64,000 bases of DNA from Phoronis australis (lineage: Eukaryota; Animalia; Phoronida). Where the stretch lies: the NCBI GenBank assembly GCA_002633005.1, contig NMRA01000211.1, positions 443,325-507,324 of the forward strand, written 5' to 3'. Position 1 is the stretch's first letter, and each line of letters starts with the position of its first letter. A program made the translations under genes and the position numbers. The notes below the pieces were generated by a model. That model was not told where the DNA came from. It saw only the letters and a list, made by a program, of their open reading frames with translations, and ran no database searches. Shown here one piece after another: positions 16,037 to 27,625 of the stretch.

Positions 16037-19000
16037 GTAAACCATTGTTTATATGATAATTGAACTGTTTTAATTGTGAGCTAAACACCCAGTCTCAAGT
16101 TTTTGGACGAATAACTGAGGAAGACAGCACTTGACGCTTCTCATACAGACAGTTGTAGATTAGGCAATTACATCGCCCTGACTGAGTCAGGGCGATGTAA
16201 TTGCCTAATCTACAGTCATATATCCCCAAGAGTTATAATTGACACATACCATGATTCTGTATACAATTTAGTCAACATAACTTGAACATATCCATGAAAT
16301 GACTGTTGCGGTTCGCTAGGCAATGACCATCGCCTCTGACCTTCGGCCTGGTTAAAAAAATGAAAATGTTGATTTCACGATTTTGGGAACTGGAATAGGG
16401 ACTGCTCGAAGAAAAAGTTTGATAATGGGAGTATTTGTTCGAGTTGGAAGGAATTAAACACATCGACAACCTCCTCAGGTGTTCCTCTATGCGCAAAAGG
16501 TATTTATAACAACGTGACTTTGATGGTTTAGTCGGTGCAAGGCATAATTCGCCGAAAAGCTTCCGGCGTACAGAGCGCCTATAGCCTCTGCATCGCCTCT
16601 GGTTCGGGCCAACAGAGGCGATGGTCATTGCCTAGCGGTTCGCTAGAGTTTCTCTCACCGCCACCAGGTGCCATTTTGAGGAAGTTTCATGAAATCACAC
16701 CTGTTGAAGAACAAAAAGTCCAAGGGACACAAATATAACAAATTTCACCTGATATCTTCCCACGCTGTTTTGCAAGTGTCGCGCGCCACATCACGCGCTT
16801 CGCTCCAGTCTATCGCTAGCCTTTGCCTAACTCACGTTGAAATATTTTGTGGTTATCACACGCACGGTGATAAAGTTAATGGTGACCAAAAAAGTGGAGT
16901 TGAAATTCTTCGCCAAAGTCACCTTAATTCTCATAACTATGCTTCTTTGAAGCTATGTGTAGAAGCAGAAAGGATCACTGAAGAAAGTAAGCGCCTTTTT
17001 AATTTTTTAGTTTTAAGTGTAGAATGTATTTTTGATGAGGTGAAAACTCTTAATCCGTGAGCGGATTTCGCCTACCGCCCATTTAAAATACATGGGACAA
17101 AATTAGTACAGAGAGTGGTAGGAAGTATTGTTGCCCCTAACCGGCCAACCGAGGGGCTTCGTGTTGCCTAGTTGTAGATGTGCTTCCGGTGAATCATATG
17201 AGCCCCTGTTAGCTACTCGCTAACGGCAATTGCGTATTAGCTGAATGGTTGGCACACTCGCCGATTTTATGGGGGTTGCTGGTTCGTTTCCCGGGTCGGG
17301 TAATCTCGTCTATTACTAGAAATGGCGTAGTCGGCAAACGGATGATCTACCGATGAAGCACTACTGACTAGTACCTGTGAACCTCGGACAGCACGCATGG
17401 ATGTTGATGGTAAAAGTTCCAGGAGTCGAGGACATGTATGAGAGACTACCTTGTGTTGTGGTGGTAAAGGTACCAAGGGAAGTTGATGACCTATATGCGA
17501 GACAACCTGGTGTTCACCTTACGGGTGGCGTGTCTGTTCCGTAGGGAAGGGGGGAATGTTGTAGTTTTGGTTCCGGTGAATCATATGAGCCTCTGTTAGC
17601 TACTCGCTAACAAGCAACTGCCTGTTATTTGAATGGTTTGCACTCTGGCCTGTTTTATGGGAGTCGCTGGTTCGATTCCTGGTTTGGGTAATCTCGGCTA
17701 TTACTGCACAGTGTTCCCTTCCGAACCGCCACTCATTTCGGAGGCACTTCGCAGATAATTAATTTACCAAAAATTGGACGAAGTTTGAAGGAATTAGTAA
17801 ACTTATCTTACTGTTATCAAATGTAGTTCTTGGGTTGTATTTGCACCAACGCTGAATATTGTGTAGACAGTGACCATTGTCTCTACTGGTACTGCCAGTA
17901 GAGATGGTGTAGCTCCTATAGGCACTTCGTACGCTGGAAGCTTTTCGGTGAATTATGCCTGGCACTGACTAAAACATCAAAGTCGCGTTGTTATAAATAC
18001 CTTTTGCGCATAGAGGGACACTTTAGGAGACTGTCGATGTATTTAATTCCTTCCAATTCTAACAAATACTGTTTCTTCGAGCAATCCCTCGTTCAGTTCC
18101 CAAAATCAGTAACTCGCCATTTTTAACACTGTGCGCGGCAGGTGGTATGACGTCGTATTCCCTGGCGTGTGCAGTTTGAAAATGGCGAGTTACAGATTTT
18201 GGGAACTGAAGGAGGGACTGCATCGATGGCCTCCTAATGTGTCCCTCTATGCGCAAAAGATGAACGTGACTTTGATGTTTTAGTCAGTGCGAGGCATAAT
18301 TCGCGGAAAACCTTCCAGCATATGAAGCTCCACCGTCTCTACTAGCAGATAGTCACTGTCTAAAAGTTGTGGTGCACTTGGTTGTAATCTGAATCGCCAA
18401 ATGAATTTTGGCTTATAACCAACCATAACCTTGTTTATTGTTACCTAAAACCGAGATAAACCGTGGAGTTTAAGAAATTAATTAATTTTTAATTAAAACA
18501 AAAATTCTGTGTGTTGAGTTTGGCAATTATAAAAAGCATGATGCTCATTCAATAAAGCTATTTAAGAGGAAACACCAAGAATTTTGATGTAAACGCAAAC
18601 CAATGTTTGATTGCTGGTGTGTCAGTTGTGTATCACTCCAACCACTGTTGCAATGGAGTTTTTGAAACAAGGTTTTGTCGATTATGGTAGATTCATTCCT
18701 CTTTATCACTGCCATGTTGTTAGCATACTCTTTGCAAAGTTCATTCGACAATTTCAATTTAGTTGACGTGAAATATTAGATATTGAGTGAAACTTCCATT
18801 TTAGATTCCTGTGCAGTGAGTGGGCGAGCACTTCTCAAGTCCTGGGTATGCTACCTTGCCTCTCGTGTACAGTGTGTGCATGTTGTACACTATGATGCTG
18901 CACTTATGACCGAGTTCAGAAGTGACTTACCTGGACACGTTTTAGCCAAGTAAGAATGTAACTTGCCAGCAGCCCTTTGATACATTAAACTGGAACAATT

Positions 19001-22000
19001 GAAAGTCTACTGCAGTATTGTCGAAAGCATTTTCATATTAGTTCCGCAAATAGCCAACAGAGTTGAAATTGGGGAGAGTATAGGAGGGGTACTCCCTCCC
19101 GTGGAATTCAGGTCTCATTTTGTGCATTCTAGAGGCTTTGAAATGCCTTCTTTGAAGTACTATGGAAAATATTGGTCCAACAGCCCCCAGACCAGTTCCT
19201 GTGCTCATGAAATTGTGTGTTTAAGTGAGAGTGCACTTTAGTAAGGTGAATTTAGCAACCTTGGTAATTTGAGTCATGCTTTCAGATTAATTAGGCAATA
19301 TTACAGTAAATCTGAGTGGCCTGTTGAATTAACTGTTAGCCGAACTTGACCTATGGCAAAAGTCTTGGTCTTTTAAGAACTAATCGTTACATTATTCATT
19401 GGATAAGCCATTATTTTTAACCACATTGCAGGGCTTCATGGCATGACTACTCTGAAGACCTGCTTGGATGGGACAATGGCCTGTCATCTGTCGCTAGAAA
19501 TCTACCTAAGCCATCATCAGTGCAGACAGAAGCTTATGTGTTCCACTCTTTGTCACCATTGTTGATGACTATGAGTGCAGCCTACGCATGTCAAACCTTA
19601 CACAGCTTGCATAGCAGGAAAGGTAGTCTAGCAATAATCTACAGTATATCACAGGGGTTTTATTAATTTTGCATGAACATGCCACCTTTGGCTTCAATAC
19701 CACAGGTCCTTTTTCGTAAAATGTAACTGAAGTGCTAAAAACTACTATTTACATTTTTTGACAATTGATTACACTGTCAGCATCATTAATCTTACCTGCG
19801 TATCACAGTCATGAATTCAATATCCCAAATACGAGAAATGAGAAGAAAATGTGACATGAACTTTCCTGGCACCAGTGTGTCATGTTGACCATCACGCGAG
19901 TTTCTTGTACAAACTTGTACCACGTCGACGCTTCTCCGATGTCCTGTAAGAAAGTGAAAAGAGCCACAGCCATGCTCAAATACTGAGTTGTAGCAACCAC
20001 CTCAAATCCAACTCCTCGCTATTCCTTATGCTATCATAAACCTCATGAAAATGTGCTGTAGTGTCTGACAACTTCTCACACTTAGCACAATGGAGGATGA
20101 CTAGTGCTGTGATTGGTTGAAATGTTTTACGTAGTATATTTTGCCCAATAAATGCTTGTAACTCGAGATCAGTTAAAATATTTACACAGCCTAAGATACT
20201 GTTAACTAGTGTTCAAATTTGACAGTCGGTCAACTGGTGGTTTTTTTTTTTGGTTTTTGGTGTTTTTGATATGAAATTGGTGATTAAGTACTTTAAGACT
20301 CAAGACATGAATTAAGACTTGCGTCCCCACTTCACATTTACTGCATAAAGGTTTCGCCATATAATTATTAGTACATCACAACCCAGAAATAATTGATGCA
20401 AATAATACCAGTAACTGGCACTTATGGGTGTATTCTCTGATACTTTTGCTGAAGTTAGTTAATTATTTCTCAAAAATAGTTATATGCGGAAGACCAAATT
20501 TCTGACATTTTATTCATTAGGTGGCATTTTTGTACCCACCTTTCCAGAGACTAATTTTTGTATTATTTCTATTCCTAGCTATAATGACTATTTCGCCAAC
20601 CCAACTCTTTTTTTCATCTCTGGAAACAGCCTTTCTTATGCACGCTCCATGTTTGTTACGGAACATGTCATTCATAAATAACATTTCATTGAAGCAACTT
20701 TCTTGAAGCAGTTTTTAATTTCATTCTAGGTGCTGTAGTCCCTATCATAGCTTTAGTACATCGTGACCTACATGAGGATACAGACTTGCAGCTACTGGAG
20801 CACATTTCATCCACTGTGATTACACTGTCTCCTGGTGTGGGTACACCATTTGCAGCAACGTGCTCCATACTGCACAAGAGATCCACGGGTAAAGTTAGCA
20901 AAAAGGTATGTCTAATGTATTTCCTCTTGAAACACACTGGACTAGGATATTTTATAAGATATCTAGTAAAATTTATCTGGAAGCAAATAAACTTGCAGAA
21001 GACCATATAACTATCAGGTGTGCGTTGTGAAACAGTGGTCAGTATACTAGATGAAATGAAATCATTAATGTTCCGTTATTGAAACTTCCTTAAGTTTGTT
21101 TACAATTTTCCAAGTTTGTTTTCTGTTTCAGGTTTCTCTTTTGCATTGTACACCTGAGTGAGAATAAACAACCCTTAACTTTTTCTGGAATTGATCTCAT
21201 TCTGAACGCAGGTTAACAACAAAATTATATGCTGTCAAGTGACTGGTCATGACAAAAGATGGTGTCAGGCAGAGATCTCCTGACTGTCTATTTGCTTCAC
21301 TAATGAAGTGACATGTTGCAAATGTTTGGTGCAAAAGATGGCTGTCTCTTAGAGTTAGTGTAAAAGATGTGATCAGAACATTTTGCTAACAAATTCATTC
21401 CTATAAGGACAGTGGTGAGTTTCATGACAAGTGACTGAAGACAGGAACTTCACAGTTGCTGAACAAATTTTTTGCCAAGTAATTACGGACACATCACAGT
21501 ATAGAAATAAGTTATAGAAATTATCTTAGATACTAGCATTCATTTTTGGTCATGTGCATTATTTTTCAAAAATATTTGTGTGGAGTGTTATGCCAAATTT
21601 ACGACGTTTCACGAGAGCGACCCTTGGTTTGATCCTAATATGCCTCAATTTGAGGGTTGTTTTTGATAGCATTTGGGTATCTAATCCAAGCTGAATAACT
21701 CACTGAACAGCGATACTTGTGGATGGTGGTCATGCTTATTTTACCTGATTCTTGTTTACTTGCTTCTTTCAGCAGTTATCTCTTGATTTCAAGGAGTACT
21801 GTTTCAACCATGAAATTCAATTCTTTTATTTGTCACACTCTCTGCTTATATGTCCCTCTTCCCGCTGTCATGTGTATTTCACTGTTTATTTTGCTTTGTA
21901 TATGTTCATTCCTCTTATTGCCTGATGATGTGACATGCAGTCACAAAATATAACTGGTATTTTAATTTGTTTGTTTGTTATGTCTCTCGGTGTTTTACTT

Positions 22001-25000
22001 CATACCTGCACACCTGAAGAAAGGAGACTGTTTCGAAATTACGAGCATACCAAGCATTAAGTCTAGTCATGTTTTTATTGAATTATGTCTTTTAAGAAAG
22101 TTTCTTGGTATTCTTGAACAGCAAAAGCAAGTGTTGAATTTTTATTATTATTGTTGTTGCCATTGTCATGATCACTGATGCCATTTTTAAAACAAATGGC
22201 TAACACTTGTGAGGCTGTTCACAAAGTGACACTTCATCTGAATTAGGTGCTTGCATACAAATATTTTCAGGTGGAAAACTTCACCATTTCCAAGGATTTC
22301 TGTTCTGTAGAAGTTGCTGAGGTCGTCACAATGACAAAACGGGAACTTCCTGAGAAGGTATATTCCCCAGTCAGTATTTTGAGTTCTGACGGTAACGATA
22401 AGTTTAAAATATTGAATACAATTGTGATTCAAATGTCAGTATTAATAAATCATTGTGCATTGTTTCCCTCTCAAACAAAACTAAAATGCAAGTCTATACT
22501 GTCTAGTGGCTAATTATGTGCACTGTTGACACAGGTTAGCTTTACAAAAATTTATTGTGTTGTTTGGCATTGTGCCATGTTTCTGACTCTGATATTGATT
22601 TTTTTGGAAGGACAAAACTTTGACATTACCATATGCACCCGGTTTGATGTTTTTTTTGCCTTGACAATGCCCAGCCCATGATTTTCCAAACCATTACCCT
22701 TAAGTGCTGTCCACTCACGGACTTACCCTAGAGCATGTTTATCTTGGAACAAGCTGCCATTTGGTTCGGAAGATGTGTGTATGCTATTTAAACTAGTGTC
22801 ACTTCCCCCTTTGTGACAACTTACTCGCAACTTATCGAGGTAGGATAATTTGTTCTTTGGTAACTTGTGCCACATCTAATCACTGAGTGGCCACAAACAT
22901 GAGGCAAGGCAGAAGTAATTATCAGCTGGGTTTACATAGAGACGGGTCTTCTTTTGCGCGCCATATTCACGTCAGCTGTTCGTTGTCATGCACAATGCGA
23001 CAACTTCGGCTTTACCTTAGTTATAGAATATGAGTGTGTGGACGCTCCAGTTAAAAGTTGGGTAAGTTACATTGGTGCAAGTTGTTGAATGTGTGAACAA
23101 AACTTTAACCAGTTATACTCCCGCTGCTAATTTGTCTTGTTGGGATATTTAGTCCCTTCAGGAGCCATATCAGATTACTCACATTTCAGCTTCAAAAAGC
23201 TTGCAGTTTACTTGCCTGCATTCTGCTGCTTGTTATTCAACTATTGCACTTGAAATTGGTAACATCAATGCAAATCTCTGACTGTTAACAAGAATTAGCA
23301 TTCAGGGTAAATCCCCAATTGTGATTTGGAAACCTTGATTTTAAAAAAGACACGATAAAATGTCTTACCGCCCCTTTTTTTTCAATTGAAATGCCCTGAG
23401 CATTCATAGGCTACTTGTAGTAAACTCACTGAATTAATTAAAAAGTTGCAATATTATCACTTTTTAAAATCCAACATGTTACCTATTAAACTACTTTTGG
23501 TTTTAAAAAAGTACTGTCAGACTGTCATGACAAACCATGTTACTAAGTAATACAAGAGCAACGCAGAGCGTTGAAATGTGCCCACAATTGCACCGCATAC
23601 GGTATCCTTCTAGGGTTGTTTATTGGTACCATAAAGTGGCCAGTAGAGGGCATATATGTAGTATGTTGTACTTTGCAAAATGGAAAGGCATGGTCATTGT
23701 CTCCTCAATAGGCTAGGGGCAAAATGTGAGTAATCTTCATAATACAAGCACATCCTATACACCAGTTGCTTAAAGCANNNNNNNNNNNNNNNNNNNNNNN
23801 NNNNNNNNNNNNNNNNNNNNNNNNNNNNNNNNNNNNNNNNNNNNNNNNNNNNNNNNNNNNNNNNNNNNNNNNNNNNNNNNNNNNNNNNNNNNNNNNNNNN
23901 NNNNNNNNNNNNNNNNNNNNNNNNNNNNNNNNNNNNNNNNNNNNNNNNNNNNNNNNNNNNNNNNNNNNNNNNNNNNNNNNNNNNNNNNNNNNNNNNNNNN
24001 NNNNNNNNNNNNNNNNNNNNNNNNNNNNNNNNNNNNNNNNNNNNNNNNNNNNNNNNNNNNNNNNNNNNNNNNNNNNNNNNNNNNNNNNNNNNNNNNNNNN
24101 NNNNNNNNNNNNNNNNNNNNNNNNNNNNNNNNNNNNNNNNNNNNNNNNNNNNNNNNNNNNNNNNNNNNNNNNNNNNNNNNNNNNNNNNNNNNNNNNNNNN
24201 NNNNNNNNNNNNNNNNNNNNNNNNNNNNNNNNNNNNNNNNNNNNNNNNNNNNNNNNNNNNNNNNNNNNNNNNNNNNNNNNNNNNNNNNNNNNNNNNNNNN
24301 NNNNNNNNNNNNNNNNNNNNNNNNNNNNNNNNNNNNNNNNNNNNNNNNNNNNNNNNNNNNNNNNNNNNNNNNNNNNNNNNNNNNNNNNNNNNNNNNNNNN
24401 NNNNNNNNNNNNNNNNNNNNNNNNNNNNNNNNNNNNNNNNNNNNNNNNNNNNNNNNNNNNAAAACTGCCACTAGGAGGCGCCACAGTAGTCGAAATTGTC
24501 AGAAAATCATCGTCAACCGTCCTCTACATGGTAAGCATATACATGCCAATTTTCACAATCATCCTTTGAGCGGTTTGTTTGATAGAGGGGTGGACGCACA
24601 AAAAAACACTAAAAATTGCCACTAGGTGGCGCAAACTACGTCGAATCCATCTGAAAACGACAGGATAGCGTCATCTCACTAATACGTGCCTACATACCAA
24701 ATTTCACGAAAATCCGTTCAGGACTTTTGAAGATACAAAGGTAAGCGTAAAAAACTAAAATTGCCACTAGGGGGCACACCGGTAGTCGGATCCGTCCAAA
24801 AGTTCGCACATGCCGTCCCATTCATGAATGGAACATATGTGCCAAATTTCATGAACGTATGTCAAAGGGTTTTGGAGATAGAGCAGCGGACGCCGCCCGG
24901 ACGGACGGACGGACGGACGGACAGAGATGACAGCATAATGCGTCCACATATAAATATGTGGGCGCATAAAAATTGATGCATTTACGTAAAAGTTGTGTTG

Positions 25001-26373
25001 CTGAAGTCACTGTCACTGAAAGGTATCTTTATAATGTACGAAAATAAGGTTGCTAAAAGTCATGAGACTTACTGTAAAGCTTGAACTGCATTGTTGTTAA
25101 GTTTGAATATGCTGATGATAGTGACTGGTGCACTGTAGTTTGTTGGTGGTTTTGAAATGTTGTACTAGGAATGCCATTCTGGGGTTTTTATCATTCCTTT
25201 GACACATTTCTTAGAGACTTCCACGTGAGTGATTGATATCATTTACATTGCATGCAGGTCACAGACCCTACAGCAAATTTAACCTTCAACCTGACCTTGA
25301 CAGAGACTGAGAAACAGGCCAGGGAACAGTTACAGCTTCCGTTTGTCAAAATACACAACCAGTAAGTAACAATAGTTTTGGTGTTCGTGACACGCTTCTC
25401 TGTGTTCTCAACAAAAGTACTTTCCATTTCAGCGTTGCTGGCTATTACTCTCATTTGATTGCCCAGAGCTTTGTTTGAGAACTGAAAAATCATCTGTGTT
25501 TTCAAGACCTCTATCAGTTTGTTTTTCTCAATTATTCTTTACTGCATTCCATTCCTCAGTGAAAATGACCTTGCTCTTAGTGAAGAAAAAAAGTGGAGGG
25601 CCACCAGGCACTAAATTGGCTGCTGGTTGATCAAAGCGCATTGTAAAGCTTTTCTCCAAATGTTCTCAGAGTTTAGTACATCCCCCTCCCTTCCTCCCTC
25701 AAAAGTCTACAAAAATGGCAACATTTTTATGAGGTCCATGTTTTTTGTTCCTGTTATGCAAGTGAGCTTCAAAGTCTTATGCCAGTGTTTTGAAATATTT
25801 TACACCACCTAGTGGATAATATTGAAAATTTTTACCCTATTTTGGCATCCCTCTATGCGTCAAGTCACTCATTGAATCAGTATGAAAATTGCCAAATGTG
25901 TTCCTTAATCCCCAAATAAAAGAAGCCTATTGTAAACACAACCAGTAAGAACCATTCATAGTTATCAGAAGGGAAATGCGATGTAATGCCTAATGACTTA
26001 TTATGCATCGAAATAATTTCCAAAATTGTCATTTTTCTATCCTACAAGAACATGTTCAAAATATTGCAGGTTTATTTTGACTTGGGGTCTATCAGTTTAT
26101 GCCCAAGTCACTAAGTTCGTGCAGCTGGCCTCATTTAACTGACCATCTACTTGCAGGTTTGTTGTCAATTTTGCAATGCTTTTAACTGAATGTCAGTAAT
26201 TGGGGAAAATTGTTGGGTTTAGATGTAACTGTCCTTTGGCTTACATGTGTATAACTTGTCTGTTTTTATTTTCTTCTAGAAAACATGGTGGGGGTGAATC
26301 ACAGATATTCTATCAGCCAGATGAAGCAGATGACTTCGATGAAGAAGACCCAGATGATGACCTTGACATTTAG
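15982..26373 (+). CDS. ELP5: Elongator complex protein 5, spliced CDS join(15982-16036, 18805-18949, 19432-19622, 20730-20905, 22271-22357, 25258-25361, 26280-26373), 283 aa
   Basis: Seven GT-AG exons with matching phases (852 nt): MLSDLLSGNDSSKLVVIE|DSCAVSGRALLKSWV...|...HDYSEDLLGWD...|...IIALVHRDLHE...|VENFTI...|VTDPTANLTFNLTLTETEKQAREQLQLPF...|...IFYQPDEADDFDEEDPDDDLDI*. The LTFNL...E++AR...LPF and IFY.PD..DD.D.EDPDDDLDI motifs match the ELP5 C-terminus as I recall it. Confidence 0.92.
16154..16214. repeat. Perfect 30-bp inverted repeat with a 1-nt spacer in ELP5 intron 1
   Basis: TGTAGATTAGGCAATTACATCGCCCTGACT-g-AGTCAGGGCGATGTAATTGCCTAATCTACA. Confidence 0.95.
16317..16634. mobile_element. 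Foldback MITE family, copy 2 (9-bp TSD, Mutator-like)
   Basis: Perfect 22-bp TIR TAGGCAATGACCATCGCCTCTG and exact 9-bp direct repeat GCGGTTCGC at 16308-16316 and 16635-16643. Confidence 0.85.
17171..17705 (+). repeat. Two diverged direct repeats of about 145 bp (17171-17317, 17558-17705), each with tRNA-like pol III A/B boxes (SINE-like)
   Basis: Shared TTCCGGTGAATCATATGAGCC..GTTAGCTACTCGCTAAC. A-box-like TAGCTGAATGG and B-box-like GGTTCG(T/A)TTCC. Confidence 0.65.
17864..18362. mobile_element. Foldback MITE family, copy 3 (long palindromic arms)
   Basis: Ends TAGACAGTGACC / AGTCACTGTCTA. The arms are reverse complements of each other and match 16427-16634. Degenerate 9-bp TSD AATATTGTG / AAAGTTGTG. 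Confidence 0.75.
18805..18949 (+). CDS. ELP5: ELP5 exon 2
   Basis: ttttag|AT...AA|gtaaga, open frame SGRALLKSW...VHVVHYD. Confidence 0.9.
19432..19622 (+). CDS. ELP5: ELP5 exon 3
   Basis: ttgcag|G...G|gtagtc, WHDYSEDLLGWD...HSLSPLL...CQTLHSL. Confidence 0.9.
20730..20905 (+). CDS. ELP5: ELP5 exon 4
   Basis: ttctag|GT...AAG|gtatgt, ALVHRDLHE...LEHISSTVITL...HKRSTGKV. Confidence 0.92.
22271..22357 (+). CDS. ELP5: ELP5 exon 5
   Basis: tttcag|GTG...AAG|gtatat, 87 nt, phase 0/0. Confidence 0.88.
23552..24972 (+). mobile_element. Helentron-associated (HINE/pearl-like) non-autonomous element with an internal tandem array of about 150-bp units, spanning the N gap
   Basis: Starts ACAAGAG with a short CAACGC/GCGTTG hairpin. 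Units of about 145-151 bp begin with TGCCACTAGG. An (ACGG)n microsatellite lies at about 24898-24922, and a terminal hairpin ATGCGTCCACATAT/ATATGTGGGCGCAT is followed by AAAAA. This modular layout is described for DINE-1/pearl-type elements. Confidence 0.65.
23778..24460. other. Assembly gap (N run)
   Basis: 683 consecutive N. Confidence 1.
25258..25361 (+). CDS. ELP5: ELP5 exon 6
   Basis: tgcag|GTC...CA|gtaagt, DPTANLTFNLTLTETEKQAREQLQLPF. Confidence 0.92.
26280..26373 (+). CDS. ELP5: ELP5 last exon
   Basis: Pyrimidine-rich acceptor ttctag|A, IFYQPDEADDFDEEDPDDDLDI, stop TAG. Confidence 0.93.
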
Positions 26374-27619
26374 TTGTGTACAATGAGGTCAATAAGGTCA
26401 TAGACTTGAGCTAAAGTATTTCAAACTGGTACATGAACAAGTGGAGATAGTTACTTTGTATGTACTGGCATATGGACACATCATTCAATATAAGCGAAGA
26501 GTATTGAGACAAAATCACCCAGAATTCCCCCCTCATGATGGCTGTGTGAATTCTCTGTGGAATTCATCATCAGAGTAGTCTTCCCTCATGACCAAGAGTG
26601 ACAAGAGGAAAGTTGGTAAGGTAGCTAAGCCATTGTGTAATCAGAATTTTCCCTAATTACTAGTAACTTATGCTGTTTGCAAGTTTAGCTGTCGTGATGG
26701 GAAAACAGTATTTTGTCTTATTACTTTTGTGTTGTCCTGTAGCTGCCTAAAATTGTTGATAGCAAAGGCCGAAGGTTTCGTTTGATGATTAGCAGACGGC
26801 ATCTTAATCAGTAAATGTTGTTCCTTGAATTTTGTTCATCTATTACCTGTCGTCATCTTCCTCTTTTCCCACCTTCTCGGGACTCATCCTCATTCCTCAA
26901 GTTCTTCATCCTGGTCATCCTTCATTGTCTTCATCATGATTGACAGTCTTCCTTTCACTAAATTTTGTCAAGGTCTGTTGCTAACATCCAAGTTATGTGT
27001 CATTTTCTTTATGAATAGGGATTGACTTACCTATTTTCAAATCATCTTGAAATATACCAGGCACGTGATTAATGATTGGTTTATAATTAGGGAAATTTGT
27101 TGGATAGAAGGTAGAATATTATTTGATAAATGAACATGTTATTCCATAGGCGATTTAGGTGGCGGGGGCAGGGGCTCCCCCCCTTGGTTGCTGCAAGCAA
27201 AATGAAATAGCAACAGCATGAAGCGTAAGGAAATATTGAGTTCAGTAACGAGGACTGGTAGCGGATGGGTGGATGGGGATCAGGCCCCAGACTGCGGCGG
27301 GATCGTTTTCCCGTTCTTTTTTAGTCTACCGATAGATTTTGGGAACAGAAGGTGCACATCCTTGGCTCCTTTCAACTGTCCGCAACTATCGGGACGCCTG
27401 TGCACATACAATCGCGCCTTGTCCAATTGCCGATGCAACATGTTGGGCCCCCACTTATAGTACCCTAGATCCACCACTTTATACCATCACAGTCTGTAGT
27501 GGATTCTGAGTTAAGATGTTTGATTATTTGTGATACCTTGTCCTCATCACCATTTTTTAATTAAAAATGGATCTGCTCCATGTAGTTTGTACTTGAGAAG
27601 CCATGTTTTGCCCAATGTT

Positions 27620-27625
27620 AATAAA
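27620..27625 (+). terminator. Candidate ELP5 polyadenylation signal
   Basis: AATAAA about 1.25 kb after the stop codon, followed by T/GT-rich sequence. Not verified. Confidence 0.3.

Noticed and set aside
23705-24569. Long ORFs of 233-267 aa
   Set aside because: Artefacts of translating the N gap.
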